Below, piece by piece: positions 28,831 through 38,009 of a DNA stretch of 41,377 nucleotides (positions are counted from its first letter, which is position 1; the number at the start of each line of letters is the position of its first letter). The DNA comes from Tannerellaceae bacterium. Its GTDB lineage: Bacteria; Bacteroidota; Bacteroidia; Bacteroidales; Tannerellaceae. A program made the translations under genes and the position numbers. The stretch lies in contig JAIRZN010000040.1 of the NCBI GenBank assembly GCA_031267205.1, positions 1-41,377 of the forward strand, in the 5' to 3' direction. The notes beneath the pieces were generated by a model. That model did not search any database. It saw only the letters and a list, made by a program, of their open reading frames with translations, and was not told where the DNA came from.

Positions 28831-29655
28831 ATGAGCAAAGAGATACGTATGCGCGTTAGCAAATCGCTTTTGACGGCTATATTGACGGCCGTCTACCTGT
28901 GCCTGTCCTGTACATACGCTGCGGCGGCGGCATGGACGCCGTCGGGCGCTTATGAGGCAGCCGCGTCCGATAATGTCGGGAATGAAGCCGACGATGATGA
29001 TGCGGTAGCCGCCCAGGACTTGATAGTCGAATCCGTAAAGCCCTCCGCCGACAAGCCGGGTTATATAATCCTGCGCCTGAGGTTGCCTTCGGACAATACA
29101 TTTGAGGGGAAGTTCTCCGTCGCCCTCCCCAGCGAACTGGAGCTTGACACGGTGAATACAGCGCTCTTCGAACAGCCGGCGGAGCAGTACCGTCTGTCCG
29201 TCGCGAAGGTAGCCGACGCATGGGCGTTTGAAGTAAGACCCAAAGCGTTGCGTGCATCCGGCCTCACGTACCTGGATTTGGTAAAGATCGTGTGGACAAA
29301 AAACGAATCCGCGCCTGATGGCGAATATGAAGTGATATTGCGCGACCTTGAGTTTACGTTCGCCGACAATTCCATCATCCGCCAAAACGAGATAGAGGTG
29401 ACGGTGAACACCCGTAACGACGACGGCGTCGAATCCGTTGAATCGCCGCAGACGGAAGTAACCTGCCTCAACGGCCTGTTGAGCGTAACATCCCCCGTAG
29501 CGGAGCAGGTCGACGTTTATTCCATGAACGGCGCATTAGTATACAACGCACACAAGGCCACCGGCGAATCCGTGCACGACGTTAGCCGCCTTCCGCATGG
29601 CGTGTTGATAGTCAAGGGCGGCTCAGGATGGGTTCGGAAGATCGTACTGAGGTAG
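28831..29655 (+). CDS. Secreted protein with T9SS type-A-like C-terminal sorting domain
   Basis: Signal peptide, acidic linker, beta-rich domain, C-terminus VDVYSMNGALV...LPHGVLIVKGGSGWVRKIVLR. Confidence 0.75.
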   Translation: MSKEIRMRVSKSLLTAILTAVYLCLSCTYAAAAAWTPSGAYEAAASDNVGNEADDDDAVAAQDLIVESVKPSADKPGYIILRLRLPSDNTFEGKFSVALPSELELDTVNTALFEQPAEQYRLSVAKVADAWAFEVRPKALRASGLTYLDLVKIVWTKNESAPDGEYEVILRDLEFTFADNSIIRQNEIEVTVNTRNDDGVESVESPQTEVTCLNGLLSVTSPVAEQVDVYSMNGALVYNAHKATGESVHDVSRLPHGVLIVKGGSGWVRKIVLR

Positions 29656-29661
29656 ACTGCC

Positions 29662-29740
29662 GCCTTTACCGACCGCCCGCCGCCCGCCTCCAGCCGCCCT
29701 TTTGACCGAGGCCGGCAATAGGCCGGCGGTCGGGTAGGGC
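29662..29740. other. GC-rich inverted repeat downstream of T9SS cargo gene
   Basis: CCGACCGCC (29669-29677) pairs with GGCGGTCGG (29725-29733), extendable with mismatches. Confidence 0.35.
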
Positions 29741-29772
29741 TGAGCTGCTTTTGGGCGTTATCGCCGAATTAG

Positions 29773-29780
29773 TATCTTTG
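29773..29780 (+). promoter_or_regulatory. -7 element (TATCTTTG) of purM operon
   Basis: TAnnTTTG match 20 bp upstream of ATG 29801. Confidence 0.7.
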
Positions 29781-29800
29781 CGCCCAAATCAAATCACTGT

Positions 29801-30976
29801 ATGAACGATCAACGTTACAGTATGCGGGGTGTTTCCGCATCTAAAAAAGAAGTTCACGACGCAATCCGGAATATCGACAAGGGCCTGTTTCCTCAATCTT
29901 TCTGCAAGATTATCCCGGACGTGCTCGGAGGCGACCCTGCTTACTGCAACATAATGCACGCAGACGGGGCGGGCACCAAGTCTTCGCTTGCCTATATGTA
30001 CTGGAAAGAGACGGGCGACCTTTCGGTATGGAAGGGCATCGCCCAGGATGCGCTGATTATGAACATCGACGACCTCCTATGCGTAGGCGCCGTCGACAAT
30101 ATCGTCGTCTCTTCTACCATAGGGCGTAACAAACTGCTGATACCGGGCGAGGTCATATCGGCCATTATCAACGGTACGGAGGAGCTCTTAGCGTGGCTGC
30201 GGGGTATGGGAATCGGTTGCCATACGGCGGGAGGCGAAACGGCAGATGTGGGCGACTTAGTGCGCACCGTAATCGTGGACAGCTCCGTTACCTGCCGCAT
30301 GAAACGCTCGGATGTGATTGACAACGCCTGCATACAGGCCGGCGACGTCATCGTAGGCCTGGCCTCGTTCGGACAGGCGACGTATGAGCAGTCTTACAAC
30401 AGCGGCATCGGCAGCAACGGATTGACTTCGGCGCGGCATGATGTGTTTGCCCATTACTTGGCCGCCAAGTACCCCGAAAGCTATGACGCAGCCATCCCCG
30501 CAGAGTTGGTCTACTCCGGCAGGCTGGAGCTGACCGGCGCAATCGAAGAACTCGGAACGGATGCAGGCAAATTACTCCTCTCACCCACCCGCACATACGC
30601 CCCCGTAATAAAGGCGATACTCGACGAGATGCGCCCCGCCGTCCACGGCATGATTCACTGTTCAGGCGGCGCACAGACCAAGATCATGAACTTCACGGCT
30701 AATAAACGCATAACGAAGGACAACCTCTTCCCCATCCCCCCCCTGTTCCGTATCATACAGGAAGAGAGCGGAACGGAATGGGCGGAGATGTACAAGGTAT
30801 TCAATATGGGGCACAGGATGGAGATATACGTCAGTCCGGCTGATGCCGGCAAGGTGGTGGAACTGAGCCGCAGCTTCGGCGTCGACGCCAGGGTGGTGGG
30901 CTTCGTGGAAGAGTGGGAAGGGAATGAACTGATCATAGAAAGCGAAAAAGGACGCTTTGTTTACTCTTATACCTGA
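29801..30976 (+). CDS. purM: Phosphoribosylformylglycinamidine cyclo-ligase (AIR synthase, Bacteroidota type)
   Basis: MHADGAGTK, GGETAD, GSNGLTSARH, LLSPTRTY, VFNMG. Confidence 0.93.
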   Translation: MNDQRYSMRGVSASKKEVHDAIRNIDKGLFPQSFCKIIPDVLGGDPAYCNIMHADGAGTKSSLAYMYWKETGDLSVWKGIAQDALIMNIDDLLCVGAVDNIVVSSTIGRNKLLIPGEVISAIINGTEELLAWLRGMGIGCHTAGGETADVGDLVRTVIVDSSVTCRMKRSDVIDNACIQAGDVIVGLASFGQATYEQSYNSGIGSNGLTSARHDVFAHYLAAKYPESYDAAIPAELVYSGRLELTGAIEELGTDAGKLLLSPTRTYAPVIKAILDEMRPAVHGMIHCSGGAQTKIMNFTANKRITKDNLFPIPPLFRIIQEESGTEWAEMYKVFNMGHRMEIYVSPADAGKVVELSRSFGVDARVVGFVEEWEGNELIIESEKGRFVYSYT

Positions 30977-32062
30977 ATGGCCGGAAGCAGTTTATTAAGC
31001 AGATTAGACGGATTGGTAAGCCGTTTTGAAGAAATAGGGACGTTGATCGCCGACCCGTCGGCGACGGACGACATGGAGCGGTTCGTCAGGCTGAGCAAGG
31101 AATACAGGGAGCTTGAGCGAATCGTCTCCGCGCGCGCAGAGTATGCACGGGCGCTCAACGGAGCGGAAGAAGCGAAAGCCGTCATGGAAACGGAACAGGA
31201 CGCCGAGATGCGCGATATGGCGCGGGAAGAACTCGAAGCCTGCAACAACCTCATACCGGCGCTTGAGGAAGAAATCAAACTCCTGCTCATTCCCGCCGAC
31301 CCGCAAGACGGCAAGAACGCCATCGTGGAGATACGCGGAGGAACAGGAGGCGACGAAGCTGCCATCTTTGCCGGAGACCTATACCGTATGTACGTCAAAT
31401 ACTGCGAAAACAAAGGATGGAAGGTCGAACTGACCGGATACACAGAAGGCGCGTCGGGAGGATTCAAGGAGATAATATTCACCGTTACCGGAGAGGGCGT
31501 GTACGGCATACTAAAGTATGAATCGGGCGTACACCGCGTACAACGTATCCCGCAGACCGAAACACAAGGCAGGGTGCACACCTCAGCCGCAACAGTAGCC
31601 GTGCTCCCCGAAGCCGAAGAGTTCGACGTCGACATCAAAGAATCCGATATACGTACCGACATCTTCTGCGCCTCAGGGCACGGCGGTCAATCGGTCAACA
31701 CCACTTACTCGGCAATCCGCCTTGTGCACATCCCGACCGGCATCACCGTGCAGTGCCAGGACGAGAAGTCGCAGATCAAGAACAAAGCCAAGGCCTTGAC
31801 CGAACTCCGCACACGTATATATAATATGGAGTACGAAAAGTATCTCGGCGAAATAGCCTCAAAGCGCAAGACGATGGTCTCCACCGGCGATCGCTCAGCC
31901 AAGATACGCACATACAACTATCCACAGGGACGCATAACCGACCACCGGATAAATTACTCCGTCTATAATCTCCAGGCCTTTATGGACGGCGATATAGGCG
32001 ACTGCATCGACCATCTCATTGTCGCCGAAAACACGGAGCGGATGAAGGATCAGGAACTATAA
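30977..32062 (+). CDS. prfA: Peptide chain release factor 1
   Basis: [16 protein letters not shown] (PxT, RF1-specific), GGQ, RTYNYPQ. Confidence 0.97.
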   Translation: MAGSSLLSRLDGLVSRFEEIGTLIADPSATDDMERFVRLSKEYRELERIVSARAEYARALNGAEEAKAVMETEQDAEMRDMAREELEACNNLIPALEEEIKLLLIPADPQDGKNAIVEIRGGTGGDEAAIFAGDLYRMYVKYCENKGWKVELTGYTEGASGGFKEIIFTVTGEGVYGILKYESGVHRVQRIPQTETQGRVHTSAATVAVLPEAEEFDVDIKESDIRTDIFCASGHGGQSVNTTYSAIRLVHIPTGITVQCQDEKSQIKNKAKALTELRTRIYNMEYEKYLGEIASKRKTMVSTGDRSAKIRTYNYPQGRITDHRINYSVYNLQAFMDGDIGDCIDHLIVAENTERMKDQEL

Positions 32063-32079
32063 ACACAAGAAGCATAAAC

Positions 32080-32922
32080 ATGACAAAGCAACAACTGTTT
32101 GATAATATACGGCGCAAGCAATCTTTCCTCTGTATAGGATTGGATACGGACATAAGGAAAATCCCTTCGCATCTGCTTGCGGAGGAAGACCCCGCGTTTG
32201 CGTTCAACAAAGCCGTTATCGACGCTACGGCCTCGTGTTGCGTGGCCTACAAGCCAAATCTGGCCTTTTACGAAAGCTGCGGAAGCCGCGGCATGGCCTC
32301 CTTTGAAAAGACGGTATCCTACATCAGGGAGCAGTATCCCGACCAGTTCATTATCGCAGACGCCAAACGCGGCGACATCGGCAATACGTCGGAAATGTAC
32401 GCACGCACGTTCTTCGACAACGTGAAGGCAGACGCCGTGACCGTCGCGCCCTATATGGGGGAGGACAGCGTTAAACCGTTCCTCCTCTACCCCGGAAGCT
32501 GGGTCATACTGCTTGCGCTGACCTCCAACAAAGGGGCGAACGACTTCCAGATGACGGAAAGCGCCGACGGCGAACGGCTTTTCGAGAAGGTGATACGCAA
32601 ATCGCAGGAATGGGCTACGGACGAACAAATGATGTACGTAGCAGGCGCCACCCGCGGCGAAATGTTCGCCGCCATACGCAAATACGCCCCCCGTCACTTC
32701 CTCCTCGTGCCCGGCATAGGCGCACAGGGCGGTAGCCTCAAAGACGTCGTTAGCTACGGCATGAACGGCGAATGCGGCCTGCTGGTAAACTCGTCGCGCT
32801 CCATCATTTACGCCGGCAGGGATGCCGGATTTGCAGAAGCGGCCCGCCGAGAAGCGCATGTTGTGCAGCAGGAAATGTCGCTATATCTGTATGAAAAGGG
32901 AATTATTCAACGCAAGATATAG
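32080..32922 (+). CDS. pyrF: Orotidine 5'-phosphate decarboxylase
   Basis: [39 protein letters not shown]. Confidence 0.96.
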   Translation: MTKQQLFDNIRRKQSFLCIGLDTDIRKIPSHLLAEEDPAFAFNKAVIDATASCCVAYKPNLAFYESCGSRGMASFEKTVSYIREQYPDQFIIADAKRGDIGNTSEMYARTFFDNVKADAVTVAPYMGEDSVKPFLLYPGSWVILLALTSNKGANDFQMTESADGERLFEKVIRKSQEWATDEQMMYVAGATRGEMFAAIRKYAPRHFLLVPGIGAQGGSLKDVVSYGMNGECGLLVNSSRSIIYAGRDAGFAEAARREAHVVQQEMSLYLYEKGIIQRKI

Positions 32923-33002
32923 CGATTATGGATTTTTTTATCATCTTTGCGAGTTATGCGAATATAACATAGTATTAATTCGATACGAAATCTTATATAA
33001 TA

Positions 33003-34043
33003 ATGGAGTTTACAGCCCAACAAATTGCGGACATCCTTAGTGGTACGGTAGACGGAAACCCGGATGTGACGGTAAATAATTTCTCAAAAATAGAAGAAGG
33101 TGCGCCTCGTTCTCTGACATTCCTGGCAAATCCCAAATACGAACATTATATATATACTACGGAAGCGGACATCATACTGGTGAACGAAGACTTTATCCCC
33201 TCCGCACCGTTGAAAAAGACCCTGATAAGAGTGCCCAACGCCTATGCGGCGCTCGCCGTGCTGCTCGATATGATAGAGAAGCGGAAAAGGGAAAAGACGG
33301 GAATAGATTCCGCCGCCTTCATCCACCCCTCGGCGCATACGGGCGAAGGATGCTACGTCGGAACGTTTGCCTGCATATCCGAAAACGCACGCATAGGCGA
33401 CAACTGCAAGATTTATCCTCACGCCTATATAGGCGACAACGTCGTGATAGGCGACAATTGCATCATCTATCCGCACGTCACTATATACGAAGGAAGTCTT
33501 ATCGGCGACAACTGTATCCTTCATGCCGGCAGCGTCATCGGTTCCGACGGCTTCGGATTCGCCCCCGACGGCGGACAGTACAGGAAGATACCCCAAATAG
33601 GCAACGTAATCCTGGAGGACGACGTGGAAATTGGCGCCAACACAACCATCGACCGCGCCGTAATGGGAGCGACGATAGTGCGTAAAGGAGCTAAGTTGGA
33701 CAACTTAGTGCAGATAGCCCACAACGTCGAGGTAGGCGAAAACACCGTCATGGCGGCGCAGACCGGTATATCAGGGTCCGTAAAGATAGGAAAGCACTGC
33801 AAGTTCGGGGGACAATCGGGACTGGCAGGGCATATCAGCATCGGCGACAACGTATCAATAGGCGCCCAGGCAGGTGTAATAAGCAGTATAGAAGAACGGC
33901 GCACCTTATTGGGATCGCCCGCCCTCGACGCCAAATCCTTTATGCGCTCCAGCGTCATATTCAATCGACTGCCGGAAATGTCGCGGACAATAGACCGCCT
34001 GCAGCGCGAAATAGAAGAATTGAAAGAAAGAATTAATCAATAA
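33003..34043 (+). CDS. lpxD: UDP-3-O-acyl-glucosamine N-acyltransferase
   Basis: LTFLANPKY, hexapeptide repeats, [23 protein letters not shown]. Confidence 0.97.
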   Translation: MEFTAQQIADILSGTVDGNPDVTVNNFSKIEEGAPRSLTFLANPKYEHYIYTTEADIILVNEDFIPSAPLKKTLIRVPNAYAALAVLLDMIEKRKREKTGIDSAAFIHPSAHTGEGCYVGTFACISENARIGDNCKIYPHAYIGDNVVIGDNCIIYPHVTIYEGSLIGDNCILHAGSVIGSDGFGFAPDGGQYRKIPQIGNVILEDDVEIGANTTIDRAVMGATIVRKGAKLDNLVQIAHNVEVGENTVMAAQTGISGSVKIGKHCKFGGQSGLAGHISIGDNVSIGAQAGVISSIEERRTLLGSPALDAKSFMRSSVIFNRLPEMSRTIDRLQREIEELKERINQ

Positions 34044-34047
34044 ATAT

Positions 34048-35433
34048 ATGCAGAAACAAAATACGCTTGCCGGAAGCTTCTCCCTCCAGGGAAAAGGATT
34101 ACACACGGGGCTGAGCATACATATCACATTCCATCCGGCTCCCGACAACCACGGGTACAAAATCAGACGCACAGACCTGGAAGGACAACCTGTTATTGAT
34201 GCGCTGGCCGAGAATGTAGTCAACACGCAACGAGGCACAGTCATCTCCAAAAACAATGTGCAGGTCAGTACCATCGAACACGCAATGGCCGCCCTCTACG
34301 CCTCCGGGATAGACAACTGCCTGATAGAAGTAGACGCTCCCGAATTTCCTATCCTCGACGGCAGCTCGCGCTTCTTTATCGAAGGAATACAAAAGGTGGG
34401 AATCGAAGAACAGAACGCTCCAAAAGACTTCTACATCGTAAAGCGCAAGATAGAGGTAAGGGACGAAGAAACAGGCTCGTCGATCATAATGCTGCCCGAC
34501 GAGAAGCTCAGCCTCAACGTACTCATATCCTTCGACTCCCCGGTACTCTCCAACCAATTCGCCACACTGAACGACATCAGCGAATTTCCTGCCGAGATAG
34601 CCGCCTCGCGCACCTTCGTGTTCGTCCGCGAAGTGGAGATGTTGCTCAAAAACAATCTCATCAAGGGAGGCGACCTGGATAATGCCATCGTAATATACGA
34701 CCGGGAAATGCCGCAGGAAATACTCAAACGCTTAGCCGGAGAACTGAACGTACCTTACAAAGACATCAAGTCGCTGGGATACATAAATAACCAGCCGCTT
34801 ATGTTCGATAACGAACCGGCGCGCCATAAGCTGATCGACGTCATAGGCGACATCGCCCTCATCGGCAAGCCCATACGCGGACGTGTCATCGCCACCCGCC
34901 CCGGACATAAGATTAACAACCAACTCGCGCGAACCATACGAAAGGACATCAAACTAAACGAAATACAAGCGCCCGTATACGAACCCAACCTCATTCCCGT
35001 CATGGACATCAACCGCATAAAGGAACTCCTGCCCCACAGGTATCCATTCCTGCTGGTAGACAAGATTATCGAAATAGGAGGGAATAATATTGTCGGAGTT
35101 AAGAACATAACGGTGAACGAACCTTTCTTCCAGGGACATTTCCCGCAGGAACCCGTCATGCCCGGCGTATTGCTGGTCGAAGCAATGGCGCAGACGGGAG
35201 GCTTGCTGGTGCTCAATTCGATAGACGAGCCGGAACGTTATTCAACATATTTTCTGAAGATAGACCAGGTAAAATTCCGCCAGAAGGTAGTGCCCGGTGA
35301 TACGCTCATCCTTCGCCTCGAAATGATAACTCCCATACGGCGAAGCATCTCCACGATGAAGGGATACGTCTTCGTAGGAGAAAAACTCGTATGCGAAGCG
35401 GAATTTATGGCGCAAATAATCAAAAACAAATAA
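34048..35433 (+). CDS. lpxC/fabZ: Bifunctional LpxC/FabZ
   Basis: GKGLHTG, STIEH, DGSS, ARHKLID (LpxC); LPHRYPFLLVD, HFP..PVMPG (FabZ). Confidence 0.96.
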   Translation: MQKQNTLAGSFSLQGKGLHTGLSIHITFHPAPDNHGYKIRRTDLEGQPVIDALAENVVNTQRGTVISKNNVQVSTIEHAMAALYASGIDNCLIEVDAPEFPILDGSSRFFIEGIQKVGIEEQNAPKDFYIVKRKIEVRDEETGSSIIMLPDEKLSLNVLISFDSPVLSNQFATLNDISEFPAEIAASRTFVFVREVEMLLKNNLIKGGDLDNAIVIYDREMPQEILKRLAGELNVPYKDIKSLGYINNQPLMFDNEPARHKLIDVIGDIALIGKPIRGRVIATRPGHKINNQLARTIRKDIKLNEIQAPVYEPNLIPVMDINRIKELLPHRYPFLLVDKIIEIGGNNIVGVKNITVNEPFFQGHFPQEPVMPGVLLVEAMAQTGGLLVLNSIDEPERYSTYFLKIDQVKFRQKVVPGDTLILRLEMITPIRRSISTMKGYVFVGEKLVCEAEFMAQIIKNK

Positions 35434-35445
35434 TACACGGGAAAA

Positions 35446-36234
35446 ATGAACCACTCTCCATTAGCTGTCGTCCACGAGGAAGCGCGAATAGGGCTAAACG
35501 TAACAATAGAACCCTTCGCCGTAATCGAAAAAGATGTTGAAATAGGCGACAACTGCCACATCTACCCACATGCCACAATACTTAACGGCGCGCGCATAGG
35601 CCACGACTGCCGTATATTCCCCGGAGCCGTAATCGCCGGAATACCGCAAGACCTTAAGTTTGCCGGAGAAATAACAACGGCCGAAATAGGCAACCGCACC
35701 ACAATACGCGAATGCGCTACCGTCAACCGCGGAACAGCATCCAAGGAACGCACCATAGTCGGCAACGACTGCCTCATCATGGCTTACAGTCACATCGCAC
35801 ACGATTGCCGGCTGAACGACCACATCATCATCGGAAACGCCACCCAGCTCGCCGGCGAGGTAGACATAGACGACTACGCCATCGTCAGCGGTGGCAGCCT
35901 CGTTCACCAGTTTACACGCATCTCCAAGCACGTCATGATTCAGGGAGGCTCCAGGATAGGAAAGGACATCCCGCCGTACACCCTCATAGGGCGCGACCCG
36001 ATAGTTTACTGCGGAATCAATATCGTAGGACTTAGGCGCAGAGGATTCACCAACGACCAGGTATTCCTGATACAGGATATTTACAGGACACTCTACACCA
36101 GGGGACTTAACAACTCCGACGCCCTCAGGGCTATCGAAAACGAATACGAATCGGGAGAAGAAAGAGACCTTATCCTCGACTTTATCAAAACTTCTAAACG
36201 CGGCATCGTCAGAGGCTCAATTGATGAACTTTGA
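35446..36234 (+). CDS. lpxA: Acyl-ACP--UDP-N-acetylglucosamine O-acyltransferase
   Basis: PQDLKF, TVNRGT, HIAHDC, VHQF, NIVGLRRRG. Confidence 0.97.
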   Translation: MNHSPLAVVHEEARIGLNVTIEPFAVIEKDVEIGDNCHIYPHATILNGARIGHDCRIFPGAVIAGIPQDLKFAGEITTAEIGNRTTIRECATVNRGTASKERTIVGNDCLIMAYSHIAHDCRLNDHIIIGNATQLAGEVDIDDYAIVSGGSLVHQFTRISKHVMIQGGSRIGKDIPPYTLIGRDPIVYCGINIVGLRRRGFTNDQVFLIQDIYRTLYTRGLNNSDALRAIENEYESGEERDLILDFIKTSKRGIVRGSIDEL

Positions 36235-36275
36235 CGAACTTTATCCCATGCAGCCACCCTTCTAATTATTTTTAC

Positions 36276-36283
36276 TACATTTG
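36276..36283 (+). promoter_or_regulatory. -7 element (TACATTTG)
   Basis: TAnnTTTG match 24 bp upstream of ATG 36308. Confidence 0.65.
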
Positions 36284-36307
36284 AACACGTATTAAAATCA
36301 ATGAACT

Positions 36308-36871
36308 ATGATTTACAGATTCCTGATATTATCCGACGAAACGGGAGACTTCGTGAGAGAGATCAAAATTGATTCGGAAGCTTCCTTCTTAGACTTGCAT
36401 AACGCAATAATAAAATCAACCGGATACTCTTCCGACCAGATGAGTTCGTTTTTCATTTGCAACAACGGCTGGGAAAGGGAAACAGAGATTACTCTCGTAG
36501 ACATGGGCAAATCCTACGAGGAAGACAACTACACAATGGAAACCACGCCCCTGGAAGACCTCGTCACAGATGAAGGCCAAAAACTCATGTACGTGTTCGA
36601 TTATATGACGGAACGGGCATTCTTTATAGAACTGCGCGAAATAGTCTTCGGCAAAACGCTATCCGAACCTCTCTGCAGCCGCTCCGAAGGCGCGCCGCCG
36701 CCGCAAGTCCTTAGCTTTGACGAAATAGCGCCGAAAATCGTGACGTCAAGCAGCGAACTCATTGACGAAGACTTCTACGGCGATTCCGAATACGACATGA
36801 ACGAGCTGGACAGCGAAGGCTTCGACGGCTTGGACAACCTCCTCAATCCCTTTGAGGAAGAACGTTATTGA
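36308..36871 (+). CDS. Conserved Bacteroidales protein (pRiA4b ORF-3-like / 'IS1096 passenger TnpR' family)
   Basis: F.REI.ID...F.DLH.AI, YVFDY, GAPPPQ, acidic tail; between lpxA and miaA. Confidence 0.75.
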   Translation: MIYRFLILSDETGDFVREIKIDSEASFLDLHNAIIKSTGYSSDQMSSFFICNNGWERETEITLVDMGKSYEEDNYTMETTPLEDLVTDEGQKLMYVFDYMTERAFFIELREIVFGKTLSEPLCSRSEGAPPPQVLSFDEIAPKIVTSSSELIDEDFYGDSEYDMNELDSEGFDGLDNLLNPFEEERY

Positions 36872-37779
36872 AAAAGACCCTACTTATATTGACCGGGCCG
36901 ACAGGTGTCGGCAAGACGGAATTGAGCCTCCGTATAGCGGAACGTTTTAGCGCGCCTGTCATCTCCGCCGACTCGCGGCAATTTTACAAAGACCTCGCCA
37001 TCGGCTCATCGGCGCCTGTCCTGAACCAGTTGCTCAGGGCGACGCACTACATGGTGGGAATACTCGGACTTAACGACTATTACAGCGCCGCCTGCTTCGA
37101 GGCGGACGTGCTTGCTATCCTCGGAAAGCTGCACGCAAACCCCGCGGCAATACTGACGGGTGGCTCGATGATGTATATCGACGCCGTCTGCAAAGGTATC
37201 GACGACATGCCGGCCGTGACGCCGGATATACGCAACGCGGTATGGGACAAGTACGAACGCGAAGGACGTGCGGCTATCCTGGACGAACTGAAGGCGGTAG
37301 ACCCTGTTCACTACGACAAAGTGGACAAGCTGAACCATAAGCGCATAATACACGCCGTGGAGGTATGCCGGCAGACGGGGCGGCCTTACTCCGATTTCTG
37401 CACGAACACCGGCAAGCCGAGACCCTTCCGTACCGTGAAAGTCGGGCTCACTCGTGACAGGGCGACCTTGTGCGAACGTATCAACCGCCGCGTAGACCAA
37501 ATGATGGCTGACGGACTACTCGACGAGGCCCGCCGGCTCTATCCGTTCAAACATCTGAACGCGCTCAATACCATTGGCTACAAAGAACTCTTTGAATACA
37601 TAGACGGATGCCGGACGCTGGATGCCGCCGTCGAAAAAATAAAACGCAACTCGCGCGTCTACGCACGTAAACAAATGACATGGCTCAAACGTGACAATGA
37701 GATAGTTTGGTTCAACCCTGACAATGAGGCGGACATACTCAAGCACATCGACGACGCCATACGCCCGCTCCGGTTATAG
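36868..37779 (+). CDS. miaA: tRNA dimethylallyltransferase
   Basis: GPTGVGKT, SADSRQ, GGSMMY, IGYKE, YARKQMTW; TTG start overlapping upstream TGA. Confidence 0.95.
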   Translation: MKKTLLILTGPTGVGKTELSLRIAERFSAPVISADSRQFYKDLAIGSSAPVLNQLLRATHYMVGILGLNDYYSAACFEADVLAILGKLHANPAAILTGGSMMYIDAVCKGIDDMPAVTPDIRNAVWDKYEREGRAAILDELKAVDPVHYDKVDKLNHKRIIHAVEVCRQTGRPYSDFCTNTGKPRPFRTVKVGLTRDRATLCERINRRVDQMMADGLLDEARRLYPFKHLNALNTIGYKELFEYIDGCRTLDAAVEKIKRNSRVYARKQMTWLKRDNEIVWFNPDNEADILKHIDDAIRPLRL

Positions 37780-37842
37780 TTTCTTATGCCGGCGCCAACA
37801 TTATTTAGCATTTTAACCATTGACACGCATCAAGCAAAGAAT

Positions 37843-37850
37843 TACTTTTG
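37843..37850 (+). promoter_or_regulatory. -7 element (TACTTTTG) with upstream TTG (37820) for candidate sRNA
   Basis: TAnnTTTG with a -33-like TTG 20 bp upstream. Confidence 0.65.
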
Positions 37851-37853
37851 CGC

Positions 37854-37933
37854 ATTGACTTTGAAATTAAGTATTAGGTTTAAGGTTAACAAATCGGATT
37901 AAAGGGCCTCGTGAGATGCTCTTTAATTTTTTT
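37854..37933 (+). ncRNA. Candidate ~80-nt intergenic small RNA
   Basis: Own promoter, AU-rich 5' part (AATTAAGTATTAGGTTTAAGGTTAA), intrinsic terminator; tex has a separate promoter. Confidence 0.55.
37898..37933 (+). terminator. Intrinsic terminator
   Basis: ATTAAAGGGC-CTC-GTGA-GAT-GCTCTTTAAT followed by a T run. Confidence 0.75.
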
Positions 37934-37980
37934 ATGCCCGAAAGCATCCTTCTTCTGCCTTGAATCCTGGCTTTATTGTT

Positions 37981-37988
37981 TACCTTTG
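37981..37988 (+). promoter_or_regulatory. -7 element (TACCTTTG) of tex
   Basis: TAnnTTTG match 21 bp upstream of ATG 38010. Confidence 0.65.
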
Positions 37989-38009
37989 GGGGTTTAAAAA
38001 AAGAAAACA

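Noticed and set aside
32950-32990. dif-like site (CTATGTTATAT on minus strand)
   Set aside because: Only one arm resembles XerD; no XerC arm at 6-bp spacing.
34048-35433. LpxC-FabZ fusion as a novelty
   Set aside because: Established, typical arrangement in Bacteroidota.
36308-36871. Mobile element suggested by the 'IS1096 passenger TnpR' family name
   Set aside because: No transposase, terminal repeats or target duplication; embedded between lpxA and miaA and coupled to miaA.
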